Shown piece after piece: positions 26,069-34,833 of a stretch of DNA of 64,000 nucleotides. Position 1 is the stretch's first letter. The number at the start of each line of letters is the position of its first letter. Source of the DNA: an uncultured Bacteroidales bacterium (GTDB lineage: Bacteria > Bacteroidota > Bacteroidia > Bacteroidales > CAIXZF01); contig CAZSDK010000011.1 of NCBI GenBank assembly GCA_964605655.1, positions 37,972 through 101,971 on the forward strand, in the 5' to 3' direction. Below the pieces are notes generated by a model, which was given only the letters and a program-made list of their open reading frames with translations, ran no database searches and was not told where the DNA came from. A program made the translations under genes and the position numbers.

Positions 26069-26752
26069 TTAGTTTACGATTAACTCAAAGTAAAAACCAT
26101 GGATATTATCGACACCTCTGACCCTGTACTTTTTCGTTTTATCCCTAAATCGGATTTCAACCATATCATTATCTAGAAATTTAGTCACGATTGGGGGATA
26201 TGGTCTAACATTTCCTCCTTGTACCCCATTGGCATTATGGTTAACAATCTCGTAAACATCAGGTTTTCTTTCAATTAACTTAATAAACCAGTCAAATTCA
26301 ATACTTTTTTCCAAATACCGGTACAATCTAATAGTATCCCCCAGTTCCTCAATGTTACAAAAACAGATACACGAATCCAGATTCAAATGGGTAAATCCAT
26401 GACTAAACGAAAGAAGTGGTTTAAATTTCATATAAATTTTAACTGTATCTTTCTCGCTATATTTATCCAAATTTGATAATTCAATTTTAGAAGTTAGGTA
26501 TTTCTCATACGTTCCAACAACAATAGCGGAATCCTTGATTTTGAGCTCAATATCTATCGCCCCATTGGATTCGGTTCTGAATAAAAGGTCGTTCCCCTTT
26601 TCTGGTAAAATGATTTTAATATTACAGTAAGGAAGAGGGGCTCCCCAATCATTAACGGTTTTTACTGAGAATACCAATCTCTTCTGCCCAATGACAAAAC
26701 TTGGCATTAGAATAAACAGTAACACAGTCCATTTAAAATATTTTGCATTCAC
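26069..26752 (-). CDS. hypothetical secreted protein
   Basis: 227-aa ORF with an N-terminal signal peptide (WTVLLFILMPSFVIGQ). AT-rich codon usage. No motif recognised. Confidence 0.5.
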   Translation of the reverse strand: MNAKYFKWTVLLFILMPSFVIGQKRLVFSVKTVNDWGAPLPYCNIKIILPEKGNDLLFRTESNGAIDIELKIKDSAIVVGTYEKYLTSKIELSNLDKYSEKDTVKIYMKFKPLLSFSHGFTHLNLDSCICFCNIEELGDTIRLYRYLEKSIEFDWFIKLIERKPDVYEIVNHNANGVQGGNVRPYPPIVTKFLDNDMVEIRFRDKTKKYRVRGVDNIHGFYFELIVN

Positions 26753-26763
26753 CTTACGGCTAG

Positions 26764-27288
26764 TTATTTGGCTTTCGTTTTCACATTCCAGATTTTCAGG
26801 TACTTCTTTCCGTTGCTGGTATTCAAAAAGGCTACCAAATCTGCTTCAGCGATATAAAATTTACCCGCCTCCACATTTCGTTTAGCCACCAACCAACCAT
26901 TATTGACCCAGTTTACGACTGTTTGTTTCTGTACGCCGAGGATATCACTTACATCTTTTGTCGAGTACGGCACTTCATTGGGCTTATGGTCTTGTAGTGT
27001 CGTAACAGATTCTTCATCAGCGACCATTTCGAGGATTTTCCCAGCAATCGCCGAATATAAGTGGTCGAGGTGGCTTTTAAAATCCATCAGTTTGTACGAC
27101 GATTCTTTGAAATATGCCTTCAGGAACAAATCAACATCTGCGGGTTTAATCAAATCCTGCTGGTCTGCGTCCACAACCTGTTTCAGTTTATCCAAATGAA
27201 TAACACCGGGATGCTTCAGGAAGGCTGCATTGCCAACCAAAAACGCTTTTGGATTGGGCTTACCCTTGGGTTTGTATGGGTCAGTCAT
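26764..27288 (-). CDS. excisionase/MerR-like helix-turn-helix DNA-binding protein
   Basis: C-terminal YSTKDVSDILGVQKQTVVNWVNNGWL...YIAEADLVAFL resembles HTH_17/excisionase-type domains. Start taken at ATG 27288 (MTDPYKPK); the track start is 27363. Confidence 0.55.
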   Translation of the reverse strand: MTDPYKPKGKPNPKAFLVGNAAFLKHPGVIHLDKLKQVVDADQQDLIKPADVDLFLKAYFKESSYKLMDFKSHLDHLYSAIAGKILEMVADEESVTTLQDHKPNEVPYSTKDVSDILGVQKQTVVNWVNNGWLVAKRNVEAGKFYIAEADLVAFLNTSNGKKYLKIWNVKTKAK

Positions 27289-27391
27289 ATCTAATGTATG
27301 AAATGGAACAACCAAGATATGACAAACTTCCGGTTTAACAAAAATCTGACAAAAAACCGTCAAATTTCCGGGAAAGTTGTTCCATATTTGT

Positions 27392-27432
27392 ACCCATAAA
27401 TAAAGAAGTCCCTGATAATCAAGGACTTCTTT
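27392..27432 (-). terminator. Rho-independent terminator downstream of tRNA-Val
   Basis: 10-bp perfect stem AAAGAAGTCC (27402-27411) / GGACTTCTTT (27423-27432) with an 11-nt loop. On the minus strand it is followed by TTTATTTAT. Confidence 0.6.
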
Positions 27433-27442
27433 GTGGTAACCG

Positions 27443-27517
27443 TGGGTTGTACAAGACTCGAACTTGTGACCCCTACCCTGTCAAGGTAATGCTCTGAACC
27501 AACTGAGCTAACAACCC
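27443..27517 (-). tRNA. tRNA-Val (anticodon GAC)
   Basis: The rc folds as a cloverleaf: acceptor GGGTTGT/ACAACCC, D arm GCTC/GAGC, anticodon stem TTACC/GGTAG with loop TTGACAG, T arm ACAAG-TTCGAGT-CTTGT. CCA is not encoded. Confidence 0.9.
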
Positions 27518-27527
27518 AAATGGACCG

Positions 27528-27535
27528 CAAAATTA
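27528..27535 (-). promoter_or_regulatory. -7 promoter box (TAATTTTG on minus strand) for tRNA-Val
   Basis: The rc of CAAAATTA matches TAnnTTTG and ends 11 nt upstream of the mature tRNA 5' end. Confidence 0.5.
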
Positions 27536-27617
27536 CAAGCAATTTTGAAACTGGCAAGTCTCTTCCTGAAAAAACATGATTTCCAGATCAGATAGAATAC
27601 CCGGGTAAGGTAGGAGT

Positions 27618-29795
27618 TCACCTCATATGGATCAGCTTGCTGCAATAAACCTGGTTCCCGGATGTCAACCGGGCAAAATAAATCCCATCGGACAGGTTTT
27701 GAGCATCCCACTGCACCTGGTAGGTGCCTGCTGCCTGTTGTTCCTTCACCAGGCTGGCCACCCTCCTGCCCAGGTAATCATAAACCACTAGAGTGACCTC
27801 ACCGCCTGAGGGCAGCTCATAGGCTATCACTGCGGCCCCGGAAAAAGGATTGGGATAGCAGTGTAATGATAACCACTTAACAGCCTGAAAACTTGGAATG
27901 CCGGTGGGCACGGAACCACCTGTCGTCGTTCGCAGTATAGAACCATTCCCTCCCACGGCAAAGCCATAACCAGGCCCCGACATTTCCAGGGATTGTAACA
28001 AATTCTCATTCCTGGTATTCTGAACTGCCCAGGTCTGGCCACCGTTGGTGGTCTTTAATATGACGGCGACACTCCCCTCCCAGGTGAACCAATAACCGGT
28101 CATATAACCTGTATCAGCATCAGTAAAGCTTATTGAGGTGAGATATTCCATGTTACTTGGGTAAATTTCTGTCCAGTTGAGCCCGCCATCCAAAGAATAA
28201 ACGAGGATCCCATGAGGGCCCGACATAGGGACGGATTCACTACCTGCGGCGTAGATTGAATGCTCATCAGGCATCCATACTGACACCAATCCAACACCGC
28301 CCTGCCCCTGGTAAACAGTATCCCAGATCATCCCTCCGTCGAGGGTCCTGAGAATTCTTGAACCACCTGCAGCAGCTCCGGTTTCGCTGCTTAGAAAGTA
28401 GACCGAGCGCAGTCCTCCAGCCAGGGAATCCGCCAACAAGGTGGTCCAGTCATTCCCCCCGTTTTCCGTTTTCAATATTCTCCGGCAGTAATAATCCCCT
28501 CCGGCCACATACCCAGTGTCAACAACCGGAAAACAAACAGAGTACCAGTTATTAGATGAGTCCGCCATCAGGCTTTCCCAATTCATCCCGCCATCAGTAG
28601 TCCTGAGGATGGTCCCGGAGTCCCCTGTGGCATAACCGGTAGTCGCATTGATAAAATCTACCGAATTCAGATTCTGGTTGGTATTTGTCGGCTGAACTGT
28701 CCATGTCATCCCTGAATCAGCGGAAAAGCAGATTGTCCCGTTCACTCCGGAAACATAAACATGGTCTGCATCCGGACAAGCGACATCGATGAAATTGGTA
28801 AAAATCCCAGAGCCGGCCTGGATCCAGTTTACTCCGCCATCGGTGGTTTTCAGCAGCGTCCCTGCCTGACCGGTAATAAAGGCTGTGTTTTCATCGGTGG
28901 CAAAGACAGAAAACAGTGTCTTGTCAGTACCAGAATTTTGCAGGGTGTAATGATCTCCTCCATCAGTAATTTTATAGACCACTCCATAATCTCCTACGGC
29001 ATAACCTGTCGAATCCGTGGAAAAATGTACCGATCTTATCCAGTCTGATAAAGTGGTGGAAATGGTATTCCAGTTTACACCGGCATTGTTGGTTTTAAAG
29101 ATACTGCCGACATCCCCAAACACATCATATCCGGCAGCATAACCTATCGTAGCTGAAGGAAAGTAGACCGAATTGATATTTACGCTGTTCGGCATGGCAC
29201 ATTCTATCCAGGTCAGGCCGGCGTCAACCGTCCTGTATAAGCCGGGAAAGTTCCAGACGACACAGTCTCCTCCCACAAAACCGTGGTCGGCATCGATAAA
29301 AAATACTGAATGTAAATAATTTAGCATATATTCCACTATAGACCAGGATAACCCGGCATTGGTGGATTTAAGGATTTCACCTTCATTGACAATATAACCT
29401 GTGTCGGGTGTCGGGAAATGAACGGAGGTCATGCAATACCCCGAGCTCGGATTATTCCCTGTCCAGGTCTGGCCTCCATCGACCGTGCGCCGGTGGTGAT
29501 TAAAAGCACCGACTGCGAAACCATGCTCCGTATCTGTAAAATACACAGACCGTAGGCTCCATAAAAGATTACCATCCTGCATGGTCCAGTGCTCCCCGGC
29601 GTCGGTAGTCTTCAGGATGGTTCCGGCTCCGCCCACGAGATACCCTGTATCAGGGCTGGGAAAAAACACGGAAAACAAATTGTTCGCTGAAGGTTTGGGA
29701 TTCATCAATTCCCATCCCTGGCCTGAAACCGTGCTCATCGACAGGCTGAACATGGCTGAAAGAAAAAATAGATTTTTCATCGGTTTACCCTCCAT
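27618..29795 (-). CDS. Ycf48/BNR-like beta-propeller repeat protein with T9SS type-A C-terminal domain
   Basis: Many G(T/S)ILKTTDGGxxW repeats. CTD CYPNPFSGAAVIAYELPSGGEVTLVVYDYLGRRV...DGIYFARL...KLIHMR. Alternative start at ATG 29780 (MKNLFFLSAM). Confidence 0.8.
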   Translation of the reverse strand: MEGKPMKNLFFLSAMFSLSMSTVSGQGWELMNPKPSANNLFSVFFPSPDTGYLVGGAGTILKTTDAGEHWTMQDGNLLWSLRSVYFTDTEHGFAVGAFNHHRRTVDGGQTWTGNNPSSGYCMTSVHFPTPDTGYIVNEGEILKSTNAGLSWSIVEYMLNYLHSVFFIDADHGFVGGDCVVWNFPGLYRTVDAGLTWIECAMPNSVNINSVYFPSATIGYAAGYDVFGDVGSIFKTNNAGVNWNTISTTLSDWIRSVHFSTDSTGYAVGDYGVVYKITDGGDHYTLQNSGTDKTLFSVFATDENTAFITGQAGTLLKTTDGGVNWIQAGSGIFTNFIDVACPDADHVYVSGVNGTICFSADSGMTWTVQPTNTNQNLNSVDFINATTGYATGDSGTILRTTDGGMNWESLMADSSNNWYSVCFPVVDTGYVAGGDYYCRRILKTENGGNDWTTLLADSLAGGLRSVYFLSSETGAAAGGSRILRTLDGGMIWDTVYQGQGGVGLVSVWMPDEHSIYAAGSESVPMSGPHGILVYSLDGGLNWTEIYPSNMEYLTSISFTDADTGYMTGYWFTWEGSVAVILKTTNGGQTWAVQNTRNENLLQSLEMSGPGYGFAVGGNGSILRTTTGGSVPTGIPSFQAVKWLSLHCYPNPFSGAAVIAYELPSGGEVTLVVYDYLGRRVASLVKEQQAAGTYQVQWDAQNLSDGIYFARLTSGNQVYCSKLIHMR

Positions 29796-30152
29796 TTTTG
29801 ATGTGGTGTTAACCTAAAGTTTGAAGAAACGAACAAACCATCAACATTTCTGACAGGTGTTGAAATAACCCGGGGGATCGTGGCCTCAGACATAAACAGA
29901 AGATAAGGCAGTAAGGAGAAGCCTGATACCGTATGCTACTTTACAGGTCAGCTGAGGCAATCGTAAAGATACAACATAAATCCGTCAGAGTCAAGCACCT
30001 GGCAATAAAATTGGATGCCACAGAACAGCAAAAATCAATACCGGGTCAGGATATGAATAACAAACCCTGCCCTCATTCATGCTGATTATAACCAGTTGAT
30101 ATGCAACATAGGACCGAGGCAGTACTTTAAACGGTCCAACGACACCAGGCGC

Positions 30153-31535
30153 TTATCTGATCAGTAATAATTTTCTGGAAACATGTACCGTACTGCCTAT
30201 CATTCTGATCGTATAATAACCAGATTCCAGACCTGTAAGATCAAGGACCTCATGAAAGGATCCCGCAGGCAACTGGTTCAAATTAAAATACTTAACAGTC
30301 GAGCCCTCCGCATTCTGAATATTGATCTTCAACACATCTGGCTTTTCCAACCGGCCTTCGATGACGATAAAGTCTTTTACCGGGTTCGGAAAAAGCTGGA
30401 TCATGTCAGTCTCTTCAACCTGTGTCTCACCGGCAAAAATACAGGCAGACATTACCTCCTGGGGATCGTTGCAGCCAGCCTGGTTGTCGTGAATGGTCAC
30501 GGTCCCGTTCGGACTCCCCAAGTAGTCGCAGATGCTCTGCACCTCACAGGTGGTGAGGCTGTAGTTCATGTCAATATAGAGGTTATCGATGCTGGACTCA
30601 GCAATGTTCCCAAGACCCTCCAGGCTCGGAAGGGATGAGTTTTGTTCGATCACGAGGTTACCTCCTATGGTCTGAAGAGAATCTAGCGCCTGGATGTTAA
30701 CCAGAAAGTGATTACCGCCTATTGCCAGCATCCCGCCAACGGTTTGCAGCTGATTCAGCCCGTTGAGGCTGGTCAGGGAAGGATTACCCGTCCAGGTAGA
30801 GGTAAACGGGTTAGTGGTGCCTATATGAATGCTGCCACCCATAAAGTTCAGTTGATTCAGTCCCTGAAGACTGGTCAGGCAGGGGTTAGACACTACGGTG
30901 AGGCCACCTTCGATGCGTTGCAGCGCATGTAATCCTTCAAGATTCTGAAGCGTATCGCAGTTGGTAATAAAAAAATCATCCCCGATATCGGACAAGCCGG
31001 TCAATCCGATCAGGTCGGGCAAATTGCGGTCATATTCGATCATGAGGTCCCCTCCGATATAACCCAGCATCTGAAGACCATCCAGGCTGTTGAGTGTATC
31101 GTTGTACCGGATATAAAGCGCCCCTCTGATGAGTTTCAAACCATCCAGTCCGCTCATGGAACCCAGCAGAGGATTGCCCAGGATCGTGGATGGAAATACG
31201 GAATACCCGATGATCAGATCACCTCCTATGGAATCCAGCGACTGAAGACCATCCAAAGATGATAACAGATCGTTGCCCCCGATGGCAAGGTCTCCAGCTA
31301 TGTAATGTATGGGACTGAGCCCCTGTAAACTGCTGATCGGGGTCCCCGAACCTCCTATCCTCACAAAACCTCCAATTTCTGTACATCCTGGATAGTTAAT
31401 GGCGAAACTGTCGATCTGTCCCTGGGTGGTGAAATCAATTCCCTGTAAAAGACAGGGCTGGGAATAAACCGCACCTGAGATCGACAAAAAGACGAAAAGG
31501 ATGATCTTTTTCATGTCCAAAAATTCTGTTTTCAA
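30153..31535 (-). CDS. LRR-like beta-solenoid repeat protein with T9SS type-A C-terminal domain
   Basis: About 12 units of ~23 aa with the pattern LxSLxGLxxLxxIGGxLxIxxN. CTD LFPNPVKDFIVIEG...GYYTIRMI...KLLLIR. Likely start at ATG 31514 (MKKIILFVFLSISGAVYSQ). Confidence 0.75.
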   Translation of the reverse strand: MKTEFLDMKKIILFVFLSISGAVYSQPCLLQGIDFTTQGQIDSFAINYPGCTEIGGFVRIGGSGTPISSLQGLSPIHYIAGDLAIGGNDLLSSLDGLQSLDSIGGDLIIGYSVFPSTILGNPLLGSMSGLDGLKLIRGALYIRYNDTLNSLDGLQMLGYIGGDLMIEYDRNLPDLIGLTGLSDIGDDFFITNCDTLQNLEGLHALQRIEGGLTVVSNPCLTSLQGLNQLNFMGGSIHIGTTNPFTSTWTGNPSLTSLNGLNQLQTVGGMLAIGGNHFLVNIQALDSLQTIGGNLVIEQNSSLPSLEGLGNIAESSIDNLYIDMNYSLTTCEVQSICDYLGSPNGTVTIHDNQAGCNDPQEVMSACIFAGETQVEETDMIQLFPNPVKDFIVIEGRLEKPDVLKINIQNAEGSTVKYFNLNQLPAGSFHEVLDLTGLESGYYTIRMIGSTVHVSRKLLLIR

Positions 31536-31609
31536 ACCACTTTTTCACCACTAAGGTACTGATCTGCTGCCTAAATTCAAAATCCCCGGGCAAATTCGAA
31601 CAAGCTATT

Positions 31610-31617
31610 TACCTTTG
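31610..31617 (+). promoter_or_regulatory. -7 promoter box (TACCTTTG) upstream of DPP-IV gene
   Basis: TAnnTTTG match, 48 nt upstream of ATG 31665. Confidence 0.5.
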
Positions 31618-31664
31618 CTATACGCATCATGTTTCTTTTATCTATCGAGCTCAACAGAAATATT

Positions 31665-33845
31665 ATGAATAGAAAACTTATCATCATCCTGTTTATCAGT
31701 CTTTTGCCTTTCGTACCATCGTTGGCTCAAAACAGTAAAGAGATCACATTAAAAGATATCTGGGCTTCCAGGAACTTTTTTCCTCAACGACCAACCGATC
31801 TCCTGTCACTTAAAGATGGCGAACATTACCTGATCCAGAAAAATGACTCGGTCAATATTTATGAATATCTGACGGGCAAGATGACAGCAACCTTGTTCAG
31901 CCTGCAGGATCTGATCAGGAAAGATCAAAAAGATACCCTGGAAATGGAAGATTTCTCCCTGGATAAGGAAGAAACCAAGGCCCTCATCACCACCGAAACA
32001 GAGCTGATCTACAGAAGATCTTCAAAATCAAACTACTACATTTTAGATCTTCAGAACAAGAAGGTGGAGGAGCTTTCTCCCAATGGCAAACAAAGCCATG
32101 CTGATTTTTCTCCTGATGCTTCCAAAGTCGCCTTTCTTCGTGATAATAATTTGTTCATTAAACATCTGGGTAGCGCTGCAGAAGAACAGATCACCCATGA
32201 CGGAGTCCAGAATCAGATCATCAATGGCAGTTGTGACTGGGTGTACGAAGAGGAGTTTGAGTTCTCCAAAGCGTTTTTCTGGTCTCCGGATAGTCGCAGG
32301 ATTGCCTTCTACCGTTTTGATGAGAGTATGGTAAAGGAGTTTTCGATGATGATGTGGGGTGATCTGTATCCCACCACCCATGACTATAAGTACCCCAAAG
32401 CCGGGGAAGCCAATTCAAAGATCCAGATCCTTGTTTACGACCAGGAAACCAAGAAGACCGTACAGATGGATATCGGCCAGGATACCGATATCTATGTACC
32501 CCGTATCAAATGGACCCAGAACCCTTCGGTACTGGCTATTTACAGGATGAACCGCCTGCAAAACAAGCTGGAGATCCTTCTGGCCGATGTAAAGACAGGG
32601 AAAACCAAGGTCCTTTATACCGAGACCAATCCCAGCTATATTGAGATCAACGACAACCTCACTTTTACCGAAGACCAGAAGTGTTTCTTCCTTACCAGTG
32701 AAAAAGACGGTTATCAACACATCTATCTCTACACTATGGACGGCAGGCTGATCCGCCAGATCACCCACGGTAACTGGGAAGTGGCTGAGATAAAAGGCTA
32801 TGACCAGGCCAAGAGGGTCATTTATTTTACCACGACCGAGAGTGGTCCCCTGAACCGGGACCTGTGTTCCATTAACCTGGACGGCACAAGGCAAAAAAAA
32901 CTGGTGAAAACAAAAGGCTGGAACAACGCTGATTTTAGTTCTACCTTTCATTACATTGTTCATTCTTTTTCTGATGCCAACCATCCGCCAGTGTATACGG
33001 TACGTGATTTCTCAGGGAAGGAACTTCGCATCCTGGAAGACAATGCTGCACTCGAAAAAAGGGTGGAGGAATATCATTTCAGCAAAGTCGAATTCTTTAC
33101 CATAAAGCTGGATGATGGCACTGAGTTGAATGCATACATGATCAAACCGGCCGATTTTGATCCCTCGAAAAAGTACCCGGTTTTGATGAATGTTTACGGC
33201 GGCCCAGGGTCTCAGACGGTACAAAACCGTTTCGGGTACTTCGATTTCATCTGGTACCAGATGCTGGCGCAAAAAGGATATATCTCTGTTTCTGTCGATA
33301 ACAGGGGGACCGGAAGCCGGGGAGAAAAATTTAAAAAGTGTACTTATCTGCAGATGGGCAAGCTGGAGACCGAAGATCAGATCGCTGCTGCCAGGTACCT
33401 GGCCGGACTCCCTTATGTGAATAAAGAAAGGATAGGCATCTGGGGGTGGAGTTTCGGGGGTTACCTTACCGCCTTGTGTATGACAAAAGGGGCCGATGTT
33501 TTCAAAACAGGCATCGCCGTTGCACCCGTTGTCAACTGGAGATATTATGATAACATCTACACTGAGAGATTTTTACGAACACCTCAGGAAAATCCATCAG
33601 GGTACGACGACAATTCCCCGATAAATTTCGCTAAGGAGCTCAAAGGCAACTTGTTCCTTATTCATGGCACCGGTGATGACAATGTCCATTTACAGAATTC
33701 CATGGAGTTCTCCAATGCTTTGATAAAGGCCAACAAACAGTTCAGGGAGTTTTTCTATCCCAACCGCAACCATTCCATTTACGGCGGCAACACCCGCATG
33801 CATCTGTACCAGATGATGACTGATTATCTCCTGGAGAAACTTTAG
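31665..33845 (+). CDS. dipeptidyl-peptidase IV (S9B serine peptidase)
   Basis: Signal peptide from ATG 31665 (MNRKLIIILFISLLP). DPPIV N-terminal propeller region. Catalytic GWSFGGY, plus GTGDDNVH and a His near the C-terminus. Confidence 0.9.
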   Translation: MNRKLIIILFISLLPFVPSLAQNSKEITLKDIWASRNFFPQRPTDLLSLKDGEHYLIQKNDSVNIYEYLTGKMTATLFSLQDLIRKDQKDTLEMEDFSLDKEETKALITTETELIYRRSSKSNYYILDLQNKKVEELSPNGKQSHADFSPDASKVAFLRDNNLFIKHLGSAAEEQITHDGVQNQIINGSCDWVYEEEFEFSKAFFWSPDSRRIAFYRFDESMVKEFSMMMWGDLYPTTHDYKYPKAGEANSKIQILVYDQETKKTVQMDIGQDTDIYVPRIKWTQNPSVLAIYRMNRLQNKLEILLADVKTGKTKVLYTETNPSYIEINDNLTFTEDQKCFFLTSEKDGYQHIYLYTMDGRLIRQITHGNWEVAEIKGYDQAKRVIYFTTTESGPLNRDLCSINLDGTRQKKLVKTKGWNNADFSSTFHYIVHSFSDANHPPVYTVRDFSGKELRILEDNAALEKRVEEYHFSKVEFFTIKLDDGTELNAYMIKPADFDPSKKYPVLMNVYGGPGSQTVQNRFGYFDFIWYQMLAQKGYISVSVDNRGTGSRGEKFKKCTYLQMGKLETEDQIAAARYLAGLPYVNKERIGIWGWSFGGYLTALCMTKGADVFKTGIAVAPVVNWRYYDNIYTERFLRTPQENPSGYDDNSPINFAKELKGNLFLIHGTGDDNVHLQNSMEFSNALIKANKQFREFFYPNRNHSIYGGNTRMHLYQMMTDYLLEKL

Positions 33846-33873
33846 TCCATCTCTCGATTCTTTGACAGAATCA

Positions 33874-33922
<49 letters not shown>

Positions 33923-33954
33923 CACAAAATATTGCCTTATTTCAATATTCCATA

Positions 33955-33962
33955 TATCTTTG
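33955..33962 (+). promoter_or_regulatory. -7 promoter box (TATCTTTG) for the acyl-CoA cluster
   Basis: TAnnTTTG match, 18 nt upstream of ATG 33980. Confidence 0.55.
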
Positions 33963-33979
33963 CATAAAACAATTTAAAT

Positions 33980-34753
33980 ATGCTGAATTATCAAACCATA
34001 AAGACTGAAAATCAGGATGGTATATGCATACTTACCCTGAACCGGCCGGAGGCACTCAATGCCTTAAACTTGTTGGTTTATGAAGAAATCAATAATGCAC
34101 TCGACGAGATTGAATCAGACCAATCGATTGGTGCCCTGGTGATTACGGGTGAAGGAAAGGCTTTTGTCGCCGGAGCTGATATCGCTGAAATGTCGGGTAT
34201 GACTCCTGACCAGGCTTACGACTTTTCCAAGACCGGACAGGACACTTTCGACAGGCTTGAATCCATGGATATTCCTGTAATCGCTGCTGTCAACGGTTTC
34301 GCTCTCGGTGGAGGATGTGAGCTGGCCATGGCCTGCGACTTCAGGATCGCCAGTCAGAAGGCGAAATTCGGTCAGCCGGAAATGAATCTCGGCCTCATCC
34401 CTGGTTATGCCGGCACCCAGCGTCTGTCGAGGCTTACCGGCCTCGGAAATGCACTGTATCTCATCCTGACTGCCGAAATGATCAATGCCGAGGAAGCCTT
34501 GAGGATCGGACTGGTGCAGAAGCTCACCGAACCAGAGACCCTCATGGAAACGACCTTGCATCTGGCGAAAAAGATAGCTTCCAATGGTTCCAGCGCTGCC
34601 GTCAGGGCAAAACGAACGATCAGACAGGGCATTGACATGGACTTCTCCATGGCCTGTGACATTGAAGCACAGGAATTCTCGGAACTGTTCGGCGAAGAAC
34701 AAACCCAGGAAGGAATGACCGCGTTCCTGGAGAAAAGAAAACCCGACTGGTAA
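33980..34753 (+). CDS. enoyl-CoA hydratase (crotonase family)
   Basis: 257 aa with LNRPEALNAL, GEGKAFVAGADI and GGGCELAMACDFRIA. Confidence 0.9.
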   Translation: MLNYQTIKTENQDGICILTLNRPEALNALNLLVYEEINNALDEIESDQSIGALVITGEGKAFVAGADIAEMSGMTPDQAYDFSKTGQDTFDRLESMDIPVIAAVNGFALGGGCELAMACDFRIASQKAKFGQPEMNLGLIPGYAGTQRLSRLTGLGNALYLILTAEMINAEEALRIGLVQKLTEPETLMETTLHLAKKIASNGSSAAVRAKRTIRQGIDMDFSMACDIEAQEFSELFGEEQTQEGMTAFLEKRKPDW

Positions 34754-34833
34754 TCCGGACAAAAACACTTCTGTCAGGTGAACTACATGTTGTCTAAGTT
34801 GTTACCATAATTAAATATCATAAACATTCAATC

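Noticed and set aside
22027-29795. The two propeller-type T9SS genes flanking the islet might be an inverted duplication created by element insertion.
   Set aside because: Their repeat consensus differs (GVYRSxDxGxSW...NxGL versus GxILKTTDGGxxW) and the CTDs are not similar beyond the family pattern. They are not paralogous copies.
34115-34768. 217-aa minus-strand ORF.
   Set aside because: Fully antisense to the crotonase gene, which has canonical family motifs.
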